Source: Heterodontus francisci (Eukaryota). Taken from it: 64,000 nucleotides of DNA. Positions 39,601 through 51,978 of the stretch are shown here, in pieces; positions within the stretch are counted from its first letter, which is position 1, and each line of letters begins with the position of its first letter. The position numbers and the translations under genes were made by a program. The stretch is taken from contig NC_090375.1 in the NCBI RefSeq assembly GCF_036365525.1, forward strand, positions 199,383,864 to 199,447,863, written 5' to 3'. The notes beneath the pieces were generated by a model, which searched no databases, was not told the DNA's origin, and worked only from the letters and a program-made list of their open reading frames with translations.

Positions 39601-42098
39601 ACTTTGGGCTTATTTGCCCCACTCACGGGGTATGGGGTTACTCGCCATTTTAACACAAAATCCTGATAACCTTCAGGAATCCTATTAAATTTTCCTGCAC
39701 CGGCAGCAGTATGTTTTCTGAGTCTTACTACTGCTGCAGTCAAAGCCACAGCTTGATTTGCTGCACTTTCCATCAGGGTCCCTTCTCCTTCACTGAGCGG
39801 GTGTGCCCTGATTAACCCTCAGGTTTTCCCCATAATTTCCAGCAGTCAGCTCTTAGATGACCTGCATCATTACAATGGAAACACACAGGCCTTCGGGACT
39901 CACCCCTACTTGGAACCCCACTATCATTTTTGGTTGGAGGAGGGTCCCCTGTGTGTCCAAATTTTCATTTTCACCCAGTACTGTTTTGGCTCCTATCATC
40001 TTCCCACCTTTTGTTCTTTTCGGATTTGTGGGGGTGACTAGGAAAGGTTTTCCCCTGAGGAACTGACCTGTCTGTCACAGCAAACGCATCAGCCAGAACT
40101 GTGGCTTGCCTCGCTCTATGTACTTTTTGTTCCTCCACGTGGGTCTTTATGGAGAGGGGGAGAGAGTTTTTAAATTCCTCGAAGAGAATTACCTCTCTGA
40201 TGTTTTCATAGCTGGGCTGCACTTTAAGAACCCTCAACCACTGGTCAAAAACCAACTGCTTACTTCTCTCAAAGTCCAAGTAAGTTTGATCAGCTTGGCT
40301 CCTGAGGGTCGAAACTTCTGGTGGTAGGCCTCTGGTCCTAGCTCATATGCCCCGAGGATAGTTCATAATTTGATGAACTCTCCTCTGACAATAGGGAATA
40401 AACCTCATGGGCTTTTCCTGTGACCTTACTTTGCAGCAGGAGAGTTCATCTCTCAGCCAGCCATTTTAACTGCCTTGCAAAAGATACAAAAAATGCTTCC
40501 ACATCACCCTCAATAAATGATGGAATCAGTTGAGAAAATTTTTTAAACTCAGTACACAGCCCCGTATTTTCACTGAGGTTACTCTGTCGCCTCCCTAGTT
40601 AATTCAAGCTGCCTTAGCTCTCTTTTCTCCTGCTCCTTCTGGAAATTTCTCTCTCTCACTCTATCCTGTCTTTCTTTCTCTCTCCCTTCTCTCATTTTCT
40701 CTCTCTCCTGTCTCTCCTTTTCTCTCTCTTTCCCTGTCTTCTCATTTTGTTTCAATTGTATCATTGTTAGCAATACCCTGTCGAAGTCTATTTCTAGCCC
40801 TGTCTCTGATACTTCAGATTAGAGGGGAAAATAGTTGGCCACTTGTCTGAGGAGTTCGGACTTCCTAACCTTCCTAATCTTACCAGAGATCCCTCACTGT
40901 TCAGTCATATTCCTCAACCCCTCCATAGACAGTGCCTTTAACTTATCCTAAGTTATTTCACCCTGACTTGGGTAGTTGCTGTCTTCAGTTGTGGACATGT
41001 TAGTATTCTAGCACACATAACCACAAGAAAACATCAATTGAAATATTTTCTCTTTTTGATTGGGATCAATTTGGTTTCCCACTTCCAATTTCTCATTTAT
41101 CTGTGGGTCCAATCTGGACGCCAGCCCTCAAATTTCTGTTCAGACTGGGTGAGGAAGGGGACTCAGGCTGTCCTCTGACCCCTTTCCTTGTTTGACCATA
41201 ACAGGGTTTGACATTTAAAACATAGTGTTTTAGCTTTACCTCAGTGAGTCCTTGCTCACTGCTCTCTAATTGTAATTGTAAATGAACCAATCAGCCAGGC
41301 TTTCTCATGTTTAAACAAGAAAGACGCAAGTTTATTAACCTTAACACTCTAACTCAGTTAAATTTACTAAAATTACGTGACACAACCACACTAGCATGCA
41401 TACACAATAAACATACAAACAGATACAGAGGAGGAGAAAGCATTAGCAGGATGTGCATTTGAAGAAGGAAATGGAATTCAGTTACTGACTCTGGTTTCAA
41501 GGTAAAAATCTTGTTTGGAGTTAAGTATTGCAGTTCTCGCTGCGGCCCAGTGCACACTTTCAAACTTGTTTTGTTGGTACCAGAAGGCTGAAGAAGTCTC
41601 TTAAGCTACTTTCGTGGGTCCCAGGAACTTTGCTGGAGTGAGAGACAGAGAGAGAGAGGTGCTTTCTTCTTGAAGTTCAATTGCAGTCTGCCCCAAGCCT
41701 TTCTGTGAGACACATTTCAATCAATTCCCAGGTTGGTCAGCAGGTTAGTCATGTGACTAGCTCTTTGTTTGAGATAGCATCGTCTGTGAGGGTTGTTGAT
41801 TCTTAAAAGCTTACTAGACACACTCAGTCAGGGTGTGGAGATCTGGCTCTTACACAAACAATGGCTCTCAATGTCTTTTGATCATCACTATTGACAAAAT
41901 TCATCTCGCTAATTGAATCAGGGAGCACTCCCATTGTTTCTCCATTCAATTATCACTCAGGATGCAAATGTGCAGCCATGGTTTCAGCCGTTAGCTCTGC
42001 GGTCTTCTTAAATAGGTTATGTTTAATGTCCAGGAGAAGTTCAAATGGTGTTCCATATGACGAAATTGTTTCCATTTAGCAGGAGCGGTTTCGTCACA
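36624..42098 (-). mobile_element. Internally deleted Gmr1-like gypsy LTR retrotransposon; LTRs 36624-37590 and 41137-42098; TSD CATT
   Basis: TG...CA ends; CATT at 36620-36623 and 42099-42102; tRNA-Pro-like PBS at ~41110-41131 (minus); gag knuckle CFHCNDAGHLRADC (~39840-39885); protease LRDTGA; integrase Zn finger 38596-38844; no integrase core or RT seen. Confidence 0.92.
39026..39183 (-). mobile_element. Short Penelope pLTR/hammerhead insertion with a 16-bp TSD, nested in the LTR element
   Basis: CAGACCTCATGGTCAT at 39010-39025 and 39184-39199; minus strand reads AGTT-CTGATGA-A-GGGTC(ACT)GACCT-GAAA-CATT-AACT. Confidence 0.85.
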
Positions 42099-42146
42099 CA
42101 TTGAACAGTTTGATTCTGCGATGTATTACTGTGCATGCTGGCTCTC

Positions 42147-42185
42147 CACAGTGAGAAACGACGGCAGAACCGCATTACAAAAACC
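42147..42185 (+). other. 23-RSS (perfect consensus) of the split V-E pseudogene
   Basis: CACAGTG + 23 bp + ACAAAAACC. Confidence 0.96.
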
Positions 42186-43479
42186 CCAGGACTCACCGCA
42201 GTCACACAAGTTCATAGGGCAAAGGGGATTCAAAGTCTTATTGTGTGGAATTCCAAATTGCAAAAGCAACACAGGAAACAACTTTTATTTCAACATTTAA
42301 AGCAGAAATAAATGTAATTCTTTTTTTTTTAATCCAGGGATTCGTATGGATAAAGGGAATATGATGTCTCATTGGATGTGGCGTATCTTTAAGAAACAGT
42401 TTATCAGTCGTTTCATTCACTGAAGCGCGACTTTTGTAACACGGTGGGTGAATCTATGCATCTTTGCGACATATATTCCATTTGGTTTCGGTTATAGGCT
42501 TAAATTGGATTTAAAGGCTTTTTAAAAAACTGTTCCTTCTCACTGTGTGACGATGAGGTCGCCAATGCTTTTAAATCCGTTTCTGAGAATGTTTACTTTC
42601 AAAACGAGAAAAAAACATAAGTATCAAAGGATACCAAATATAATCGATGCATCACTGATGAATCAAGAATCAATCATTAATCATTCAATCACTAATCGCA
42701 GGTTCGGTGCTCGCTTTAACATTGGTGACAACTGGACTTCAAGCGCCGGACACAACACAACTTCCACACACCAGGACAATGTCCCTCTGCAATTCCTTAT
42801 TCTCAATTTCCCAATGATCCCTCGTCGTCTCCCTGATAAGTGATGCTCACAATTCACAAATAATCCTTGATGTCTTCTATTTTGGAACAGAAATAAAAAA
42901 TCACTCGTGGGTTTCCACTATTTTTTTCGATTGTGAATGACAGCTAGTTTATTTTCTGCCCCTCTTCAAAAAGTATTTCATTGGCTGTAAAGCGCTTCGA
43001 ATCGTCGGGTGGTCGTGAAAGGGGCTAGAGAAATGCAAGTCTCTTCTTTTAAAATAGTTTATAATGGAATAAACGGACACAGTGAAAGGAATGATATCGT
43101 TCCGAATTTTCAACTTTCTTTGGAAACTCCTGCATTGAAACGAAACCGCGGCCTATAATTGATCAACGGTATCTTTTTATTGAATTCTTACGTGTACATT
43201 TTATGAAGCAGCGCATTACACACATTGTAAAAAGTCCACGTTTATGTTTATATTTCGTGGAAGTTGCATTCTCATGTGCTTTTTGTGAACCCAGAGCACA
43301 TTCGGGTGTATTCACACTGCCAGATTGTTTGGCCTTTGGTTTCTGGAGTATACTCAGACCTGTGGATAGTAGGAGGACTCTCCATTCTAGTGAAGGCTTT
43401 GGTTAGAATCACGCTGTAGATAGGGTTTTCAACTAAATAGGTGGGGTTGGGGGTGGGGGTGGGGGAGGGTTCAGTTCCA

Positions 43480-45162
43480 TGGAAAATTAATCAAATTGGC
43501 AAGGTTAGCCTCAAGGGAGAGTTCATTGAATGTATTAGAGATTGCTTTTGGAGCAATATGTTGTGGAACCAACCAAGGAACAGGCTATTTTTGATTTGAT
43601 ATTGTGTAATGAGGTGGGATTAATTAATGATCCCATAGTTAAGGATCCACTAGGAAAGAGTGATCATAGCATGCTAGAATTTCAAATTCAGTTTGAGGAC
43701 GAGAAACTGGAGTCCCACACTAGCGTTCTGGAGTTAAACAAAGGTAATCACATAGGCATGAGGACAGATTTGGCCCTAGTGTACTGGGCAGGAAGACTAA
43801 AAAGTAGGACAGTTGATGAGCATTGGCAGACGTTTAAGGAGATATTCAATTCCTGCCAACTAAAATATATTCCAGAGAGGAAGAAAGATTGTAAAAGGAA
43901 GAAAAAAAAATCCACGGCTAAGCAAGGAAGTTAAGGATAACAAAAAGACTAAAACTAACTGCGAAGGCCAGTGGCAGGTTGGAAGACTGGAAAAATTTTA
44001 AAGATCAACAAAGGCTAACTAAAAAAGTAATAAAAAGAGTAAAGTTAAATTATGAAAGAAAACTAGTGCAAAATATAAAAATGGAGAGCAAAAGCTTCTA
44101 TAAGTATATAAAAGAGAAGAGAGTGAATGTTGGTCCCTTGGAGGATGAGACTGAGGAGTTAATAATGGGGAACACAGAAATGGCAGAGACACTAAATCAG
44201 CATTTTGCCTCAGTTTTCACGGTGGAGGACACTAGTACCATCCCAATAGTAACAGGTAAAGCAGAAGTTATAGAAAGGGAGGAACGTAGAACAATCATCA
44301 TCAGAGAAAAGGTACTGAGCAAACTATTGGGATTGAAGGCAGACAAGTCCCCAGGGCCCGATGGCCTACATCATAGGGCCGTAAAGGAAGTGGCAGTGGA
44401 GATAGTGGATCCATTGGTTATAATATTCAACAATTCCTTGGATGCAGGAAAGGTTCCAGTGGATTGGAGAGATGCTAATATAACACCCTTATTCAAAAAA
44501 GGAGGGAGGCAGAAAGTAGGAAACTATAGACCGGTTAGTTTAACATTTGTTGTTGGGAAGTTGTTAGAATCCCTTATTAAGGAAGTGACAACAGGACATT
44601 TAGAAAGTCAAAACGCAATCCATCAGAGGCAGCATGGTTTTATGGAGGGATGTAGTTGCATTGGAGGCAGTTCAGAGAAGGTTCACTAGATTGATTCCAG
44701 AGATGAGGGGTTTATCTTATGAAGAGAGATTGAGCAGTTTAGACCTTTACTGTCTCGAGTTTAGAAGAATGAGAGGCGATCTAATTGAGGTATATAAGAT
44801 GATTAAGGGGATTGACAAAGTAGACGTAGAGAGGATGTTTCCTCTGGTGGGGCGATCTAGAACGAGAGGTCATAGTTCTAGGATAAGGGTTAGCAGATAT
44901 AAAACAGAGATGAGGAGAAATTACTTCTCTCAAAGTGTCGTGAGTCTGTGGAATTCACTACCCCAGAGTGTTGTGGATGCCGGGACACTGAGTAAATTTA
45001 AAGAGGAGATAGACAGACTTTTAATTGGTAATGGGTTGAAGGATTATGGAGAATGGGCAGGAAAGTGGAGTTGAGGCCGAGATGAGATCAGTCATGATCG
45101 TATTGAATGGCGGAGCAGGCTCAAGAGGCTGAATTGCCTACTCCTGCTCCTAGATCTTATGT
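43480..45162 (+). mobile_element. CR1 LINE with internal deletion (~44648)
   Basis: ORFs 43542-43934, 43979-44689, 44634-45074; CR1 3'-UTR. Confidence 0.93.
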
Positions 45163-48082
45163 TGTTATTGGCCAAAATGTGTGCCCCCGCCCCTGGAATG
45201 GGCTGGGAAGAGGGGTGCCCACCGCCTACCAACTGGTATTTAACCAGCAGAGGGGAAGTGGCAGGCAGCTGGGCCCACTCTTGGACCATTTGAAGCCCTT
45301 TAAGGCCTCTTCTAGCTGCTGGTATTTTACCAGTGAGGGATGGGCACTTTACCTGGCAGCCTCTTTGCAGGCTGTGGGGACCCTGATGATCGGGAACCCT
45401 GTGCTATATGCAGGGACACCTTTAGCAGCATGGGCTGCCTGCTCCTGCTGGAACAGCTCCTCTCCCCTCGCCAGTGCCTGTCTGATTAACTCCAGCAAGC
45501 ACCGACTGCAGTTACCTGGTCCAAGGCCTGCTACCATCGTGGCTCTTCTCGCTGGATGCTGATTGGCCAACAGCTCTTGTAGGCGGGACCTCCTGTCTCA
45601 GAGGCGGAAAGCCACAACCTCAGGCAATTAATATGCAAAATAACGTCCTGGCTTTCAGGGGTGCTAGAGGCGGGTTCGCTCCCAACTTTCAGCCGGTGGG
45701 CAGGGCCACCGCCACCTCGTGATTCCGGCCATTGTGTGGGTTCCTGGGCGGGAGGGGAAGGGGGTAAGGCCAAGATTCGCTCCAAGATTGGAGCCCAGAC
45801 TCTGACATGTTTCCAGTTCCAGGGGTAGGCCGAACATCACCCATTCTGATTTCCATTTTATTTTACCCAGGCTGTTCACTCCTGTGGGTGGGGGTGGGGT
45901 GAATGACTGATGTGATATTGAGCTTGTTGCATCGGTCACAGTACCACCCCTATCTGGGAAATGGAAGCAGCCTGCAAGTGGTTAGGAAAAAAACGCATCC
46001 ACTTGAGAGGGGCATCGGAGCAATTGCGGGATTTGGACCAGGGATGTAAGAGCCCACTGGTTGTTCTGATGGGAACAAAGAGCAAAGCAGCTGTTACTCT
46101 GCCTGCTATCATTTGGAAATTGTATATATAGTCTTTCAAACATGTTCTTTATTGTCTGATTGATAGTGAATCGGAGCAAAGACTAAAATCTGAAGATGAA
46201 CACAGATGTAGATGAGCACCTGTTGTTTGAAATGGGTGGTTTCCGAGCTGCTAGAATGGCGTCAATGGTTATACTAGAAAAGGCGAGGGCTCATCAGTGA
46301 ACAATGCAAGATATAAAGCTGGGTAGATCTTCAGAAGTTTTGTTTTAAGTTAACTTTGGACAGCAGAGTGAAACTTAGCAGAACAATTCCTCAGCACGGG
46401 ACAGACTTGATCGAGCAGATGACAGAGCAGGTTTTATGTAGTTTTTAGAAGGATTGGGCTTCGTGGGCCAGGCGGCTTTATATTTCTTTTAGCGGATGTG
46501 AGGCTGATTCATTTCTGACTTTGAAGCGTTTGAATGATCTGTTCCGCTTTAATTGCGGATCTGGATAGTGTGGCCAGCTAGGGCAGATTAAAGGATGGAA
46601 AAGAATAACTTACATCTACGTAGCATCTTTCAGGAACCCGAGCGTTCCCAAAGTTTTCACTGTTATTCAAGCGTCACAATCCAGGGATATTCAACAGCCA
46701 ATTTGCATACACAATTCTTCATACAGCAATAATCTAAATAGCAAAAATAATCTGTTTTAGTGCCGTTGGTTGAGGATAAATATTGGTCAGGACACTGGGA
46801 GAACTTCGTTGTGTTCTTTGTACAGGGCTGAGTATTGATTTACATTCACCTCCGAGGATCGATCTGGTCTCACTGTAAAGGAAAGGAAGAAATGTAGAAA
46901 GGAGGAGATAATTAAATACCGAGAGAGGGCGTGAGTGAAAGATGGAAAGTGAGAGTGAAAGCTAGAGAAAGAGAGAAATAAAAATACAGTGATAGAGAGA
47001 ATGAAAGAGAGAAATAGAGAGGAGAGAGCAAAATAGAGAGAGAAGAGAGACTGTGAAAATAAGACAGAGCGGGACAGACAAGAGAGAAAGAGAGGGCAGG
47101 CGCGATGAAGAGGGAGAGAGGGCAGGATAGAAAAAGAGAGAATGGGTGGGAGAGAGAAAAAGAGAGGATGAGAGAGAAAGAGTGGCAGAGGGCAGGATAG
47201 AGAAAGAAAGAGGATAGAGGAAAGAGAAAGATAGAGATTGCAACAACGATAAAGGGTAGAAAGAGGGAGAAAAAGAGCAAGAATGGAAAAAAGAAACAGA
47301 GATAGAGAGAGAGACAAAGAAAGATAAATAAAGAAAGAGCTACACATTTGGTAGGAACAATGGGCCGTGTGTTTATTGCATGACTGGTTTTGAAAAGCCA
47401 AGGATGACGTTAAAATAGACCAAGGAGTCTCAGGAAACTCGATGTTCAACATATCCAAACAACACAGAGCAGCAATCAACAAAGGCAATAGAAAGTTCAT
47501 CTCCAATAGTCAAATCAGTGACTGCAAGTTAGAGGAGGTAATGGGTAAACTATACAGGGCTCTGGGCAGATCACATTGAATAACGCTTCCACCTCTGGTC
47601 ATCTAGACGCACAGGAGGTAACATGCTAGAGGCAGTGCAGAGAGGTGTCAAAAGGTTGGTCCTATTGTCAGGGGTTTGAGTTATGGACAAAGATTGAAGA
47701 GATTTGGGCTCTTGGTTCTGGTGAGAAGGTGTCAGAGAGATGTTTTTAAAGGAATGGAAGAGGTAGATCTGTATTGTTACTTTCATTTAAACTGTAGGAA
47801 TAGGACAAGGAAACACAGGGCAACCTAATAGAAGGAAACTAGGGCGAGATCAGAAAGCTGGTCACCCAGCGAGTGATCAACATTTGGAATGGACTTCCGG
47901 GCAGCGTGGCTGAGATGAAGGCTTGGTTTAATGAGTGAATAACAAGATGAAACATCACAGCCACCAAATGGAAAGGCCACATGGAAATTCAGCAATGGGT
48001 GAAACTGACAATTTCCGGTACCTCAGCGTCCCGGTTACAGGTATTTGTAAACCTGGATCAGTTCTGTGTTGGGTGCACAAAC

Positions 48083-48219
48083 ATGAAGGGTCAAGTCAGT
48101 GTGCTTTTACTCATCACATTCTTCGGTCAGTATTTAAGGTTCTAACTGATTATTTTTATTAATCTCTCACCTCCGTTATGTGAAATAATCTAATTGAATC
48201 CCTTACAAGGAAATCTGTT
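48083..48219 (+). pseudogene. TRGV: Leader-only remnant of the family-A V duplicate
   Basis: Leader MKGQVSVLLLITFF 48083-48125, donor GTCAGT, acceptor mutated (CAG>CAA), ~11 bp of V exon, then sequence jumps to the equivalent of ~8908. Confidence 0.85.
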
Positions 48220-49402
48220 GAGCAGTGATGGACGGTTTAAGAACTAGCGAGAGTTCCACATAACATCCCCACTAACATTCCCATAATGAATAGTGGCAGA
48301 GGCTGGCCAGCACATCAGTGTAAAAGGCAAGTCTGAAGCATTTGTTACCATCTTCAACCAGTAGTGCCAAGTGGATGATCCACCTCGGCCTCCTCCTGCA
48401 GTCCCCAGCATCACAGATGTCAGTCTTCAGCCAAATCGATTCACTCCAGGTGATATTAAGAAATAACTGAGTAAACCTGGCACCGCAAAGGCCACGGTCC
48501 TGACAACATCCAGGTTGTGGTGCTGAAGAGCTAGCCATGCCCCGAGCCAAACTGCTGCAGTGCAGTTGCGACACTGAAATCAACTCAATAATGTGGAAAA
48601 TTCCCCATGTCCCGTGCACAAAAAGCAGGACAAATACAATGCAGCCAATTACTATTGCATCAATCTACTCTCGATCATCAGCAAAGTGATGGAAGGTGCC
48701 GTCAACCGTGCTATCATGCAGCACTTACCCAGCAATAACCTGATTGGAACCGATAAAATGTCATGACCTGAGACGTTTCTCTCTCCACAGATGCTGCCTG
48801 ACCTGCTGTGCATTTCAAGCACTTTCTGTTTTTGTTGCACTGTGATAGCTCCCCTGCTCTTCTTCGAAATAAGACGATGGTATCTTTTATGTACACCTGA
48901 GAGGGAAGACGGGGCCTCGGTTTCACATCTCATCCAAAAGACAGCACCTCTGAGAGTGCAGCACTCCCCCAGTACTGCACTGTGGTGTCAGTCTGGATCT
49001 TTGTGCTTAAGTCCTGGAGTGAGACTCAAAAACATAACCTTCCGATTTAGAGGCAAATGTGCGTCCAGCTGAGCCATGGCTGACACAGTTCCCATGACCC
49101 CAGGGACTTACGGGCAATGGTGCAGGCTCCAGAAACATGAAGGATGGTACTATAGGACTGCCAATATCCTCTGACCACCACCACCGCCACCCGCCCCCCC
49201 CCACCACCCCCCACCCCTGCACATTAGCTGACAACCTTCAATCCCCAGTTTGATCAACATTTAATCCTTTATGTTGCAATAAAATATCTGCCCAGTTTTT
49301 CTGTAGGATGCCATTGATTCCTCACCCTGTAACACCTTCCTGCCCTGCAACCCTCCCTATCTCTGTAGATTCCTCCAGCTTTGAGATCCTCTGAGATCTC
49401 AA

Positions 49403-49801
49403 GGGCGGCACAGTGGCGCAGTGGTTAGCACCGCAGCCTCACAGCTCCAGGGACGGCGCAGTGGTTAGCACCGCAGCCTCACAGCTCCAGGGACCCGGGT
49501 TCGATTCTGGGTACTGCCTGTGCGGAGTTTGCAAGTTCTCCCTGTGACTGCGTGGGTTTCCTCCGGGTGCTCCGGTTTCCTCCCACATGCCAAAGACATG
49601 CAGGTTGATAGGTTAATTGGCCATTATAAATTGCCCCTAGTATAGGTAGGTGGTAGGGAAATATATAGGGACAGGTGGGGATGTGGTAGGAATATGGGAT
49701 TAGTGTAGGATTAGTATAAATGGGTGGCTGATGGTCGGCACAGACTCGGTGGGCCGAAGGGCCTGTTTCAGTGCTGTATCTCTAAAACTAAAACTAAAAC
49801 T
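49403..49801 (+). mobile_element. V-SINE (HE1-like), tRNA head, CR1-like tail
   Basis: Head GGCACAGTGGCGCAGTGGTTAGCAC...GGTTCGATTC; V-domain GGGTTTCCTCCGGGTGCTCCGGTTTCCTCCCAC; (AAAACT)n tail; absent at the paralogous site ~10249. Confidence 0.88.
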
Positions 49802-51551
49802 CTGTGCTCCTCCATTACTGGCCTCTTATGCCTCCTGATTTTAATCACTCCACTGTTGGAGACCGTGCCTTCAGCCACGTGGGTCCGAAGATCTGTCATT
49901 CCCTCCATAATCCTCTTCAATTCTCTACCCCTCTCTCCTCCTTTAAAACTCTCCTTAGAACCTGTCTCAGTGACCAGACTTTGGGCCATAGAGAATCATA
50001 GAATCATAAAACGTTTACGGCACAGAAAGAGGCCACATCGTATCTGTGCCAGCCGAAAAACGTTCTTCCCATTCTAATCCCACCTTCTAGCATTTGGTCC
50101 GTAGATTACAGCACTCTGTCCTGATATCTGGTATTGTCAAATTTAGTCTGTTAATGTTCCTATGAAGTATCTGAGGATGTTTTACTCTATTAAATGTGCT
50201 ATTTCATTGCAATTTATTGAAGTTGTTGTTCAATTTACATTGTATTGACCCGATCTAAACTCCTAATATTAATAAGCAGCTGCAAGCAGCAGCTTCCAAG
50301 ATAAAACTCCATGCAATGTCGTTTGCTCCCTGGAAAGTGCTCCCGGGTATCGATCCAAGAAGAACACGGATCAGTCAACCCTGGTTTCCATGGTTATTTG
50401 ATTAACTGCGCCTGTTTTCAGCCTGTAAGCTGCTGCCCAACGTAATTCTGATGAAAGGCCATCCACCTGAAACGTTAACTCTGTTTCTTTCTCCACAGAT
50501 ACTGCCTGACCTGCTGAGAATTTCCAGCATTTGCTGTTTGTATTTCAGATTTCCAGTAAATTTGGTGCGGGGCTTCTCAGCAGCTGGGACTATTTCCCAG
50601 GTAGAGTGCATTAGGAAAGTGCTGTTAATTGAGATAATCAACAACAAAAACAATGCATTGAGAGGGCGCATTTAATGTAGGAAAATGTATCTAGGCTCTT
50701 CACAGGAGCATATTCTGACAAAAGTGGAATAAAAGAAGATATTAGATAAAGTGCAAAATGTTTGACTGAAAGTTTTCTTAAAGAAGAAGAGTGGTGGAGA
50801 GGTGGAGGGTTCTGGGAGGTAATTTTGGAGCATTGGACCCAGATGGCTGAAGGCACGGCCCTCAATGGTGAGGCAAAGGTACAAGGATCTGAAATATTCA
50901 GCCGTGGCGATAATTACTGCCTTTATGTACCGCGTGGTTTGAAATCAGCGACAATATCAGCCAGTTTTAGCAGACATTTTACAGCCAGGAAATTCCTTCC
51001 AGCGCTTTTCTGTCACAATTTATTGATGAGCAGGAGAACAAAGGGAATGTCAGGATGCACTGGGATGGAGTTCCTGACCCATCAATATCTCAGCCACAGG
51101 CCCAAACTCAGCTACCTGGGAATCTGGATGACACCAGGATCTAGGATTTTGACCCAATGACGTTGAAGGAATGTTCAAGTCCGATGTTGATGCTGTTCCA
51201 ATGCGTTTACTGCCCCAGTCCTTCCAGCTGGAAGTCGCTGGTTTGGGATTTCCTGTCGATTTGACAATGTTAAAAATGCGAGAGCAAGAACGAACCAAAT
51301 TTTGCTTCTTTAATACCTCTTAAAAGTGTTTGTAATTCAATGGAGATTGCATTCTACATAATAAATCATAAATACATGCAACATTAGAAGTCTGACTGAA
51401 AGGTGTGACTTGTGTCAGATGCTACATATATACCAGTAGAGAGCAGTGTGAACAGGAAGTTGAGTCACACGCGGAATGTTGTGTTAGAGTCATTGCCCGA
51501 TATATTTTATATAGATGTTAATACAAATGTCTCACACCTCAGACAGGCAAC

Positions 51552-51978
51552 ATGTTGCTCTGTTGGGTTGTTTTCGTGACATTTTTTCCACGTAAATGGA
51601 TTTATTCTTTAAGTAGGTTTTATTTGTTTTATTCATACTGTAAAACTATTTGTAATTTTGTGTTTCTTTCCCCACAGATGGATGTTTTGCTCAGGATTTG
51701 GAACAGAAACAACGGTCAGTCACCGTGGGTAATGGGAGAAGTGCTACAATTACGTGTGAGCTGGGTGAATCAGTCAGTGCTTCCGTTATCCATTGGTACA
51801 AACAGGCAGCGGGACAGCAGCCCGTTCGGATTCTCTACTACGATGGGAGCGTTCGTCGGGATGACGGATTCGATAAAAGGTTTTCAGCAAGAAAGACTGC
51901 AGACAAGCAATATGTTCTGCGTATTGGCGATGTAAAGGCAGAGGATGCCGCCACCTATTACTGTGCCTATTGGAAACA
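51552..51978 (+). CDS. TRGV: TCR gamma-like V segment (family B'), open: leader 51552-51591, V exon 51678-51978
   Basis: Leader MLLCWVVFVTFFP; HGCFAQDLEQ...TCELGESVSASVIHWYKQ...AEDAATYYCAYWK; paralog of 11981-12407. Confidence 0.93.

Larger units (their letters stand above)
35910..42146 (+). pseudogene. TRGV: TCR gamma-like V pseudogene (family E): leader 35910-35952; V exon 36377-36623 + 42103-42146, split by an LTR element
   Basis: Leader MSFHWLVIVLILSS, donor GTAAGT; SECLAKALIQFP...KIQC, frameshift at ~36455, DTGTETIYWYQQQP...FFLVIDNI / EQFDSAMYYCACWL; intron enlarged by a reverse CR1 3' fragment (~35980-36325). Confidence 0.9.

Noticed and set aside
42509-42580. CACTGTG at 42541 as a possible J-segment RSS
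   Set aside because: No GGTTTTTGT-like nonamer at 12 or 23 bp and no FGxG motif downstream.
43078-43120. Isolated CACAGTG heptamer
   Set aside because: No nonamer at the proper spacing and no V exon upstream.
45107-45939. GC-rich ORFs (e.g. 45107-45562)
   Set aside because: No recognisable domain, begins in a CR1 tail; probably an unclassified repeat.
46787-47506. 239-aa hydrophobic ORF (also 3188-3743)
   Set aside because: Translation of the CT-rich strand of a low-complexity GA tract.
49403-49515. tRNA gene
   Set aside because: tRNA-derived head of a V-SINE, continuing into the V-domain and LINE-like tail.
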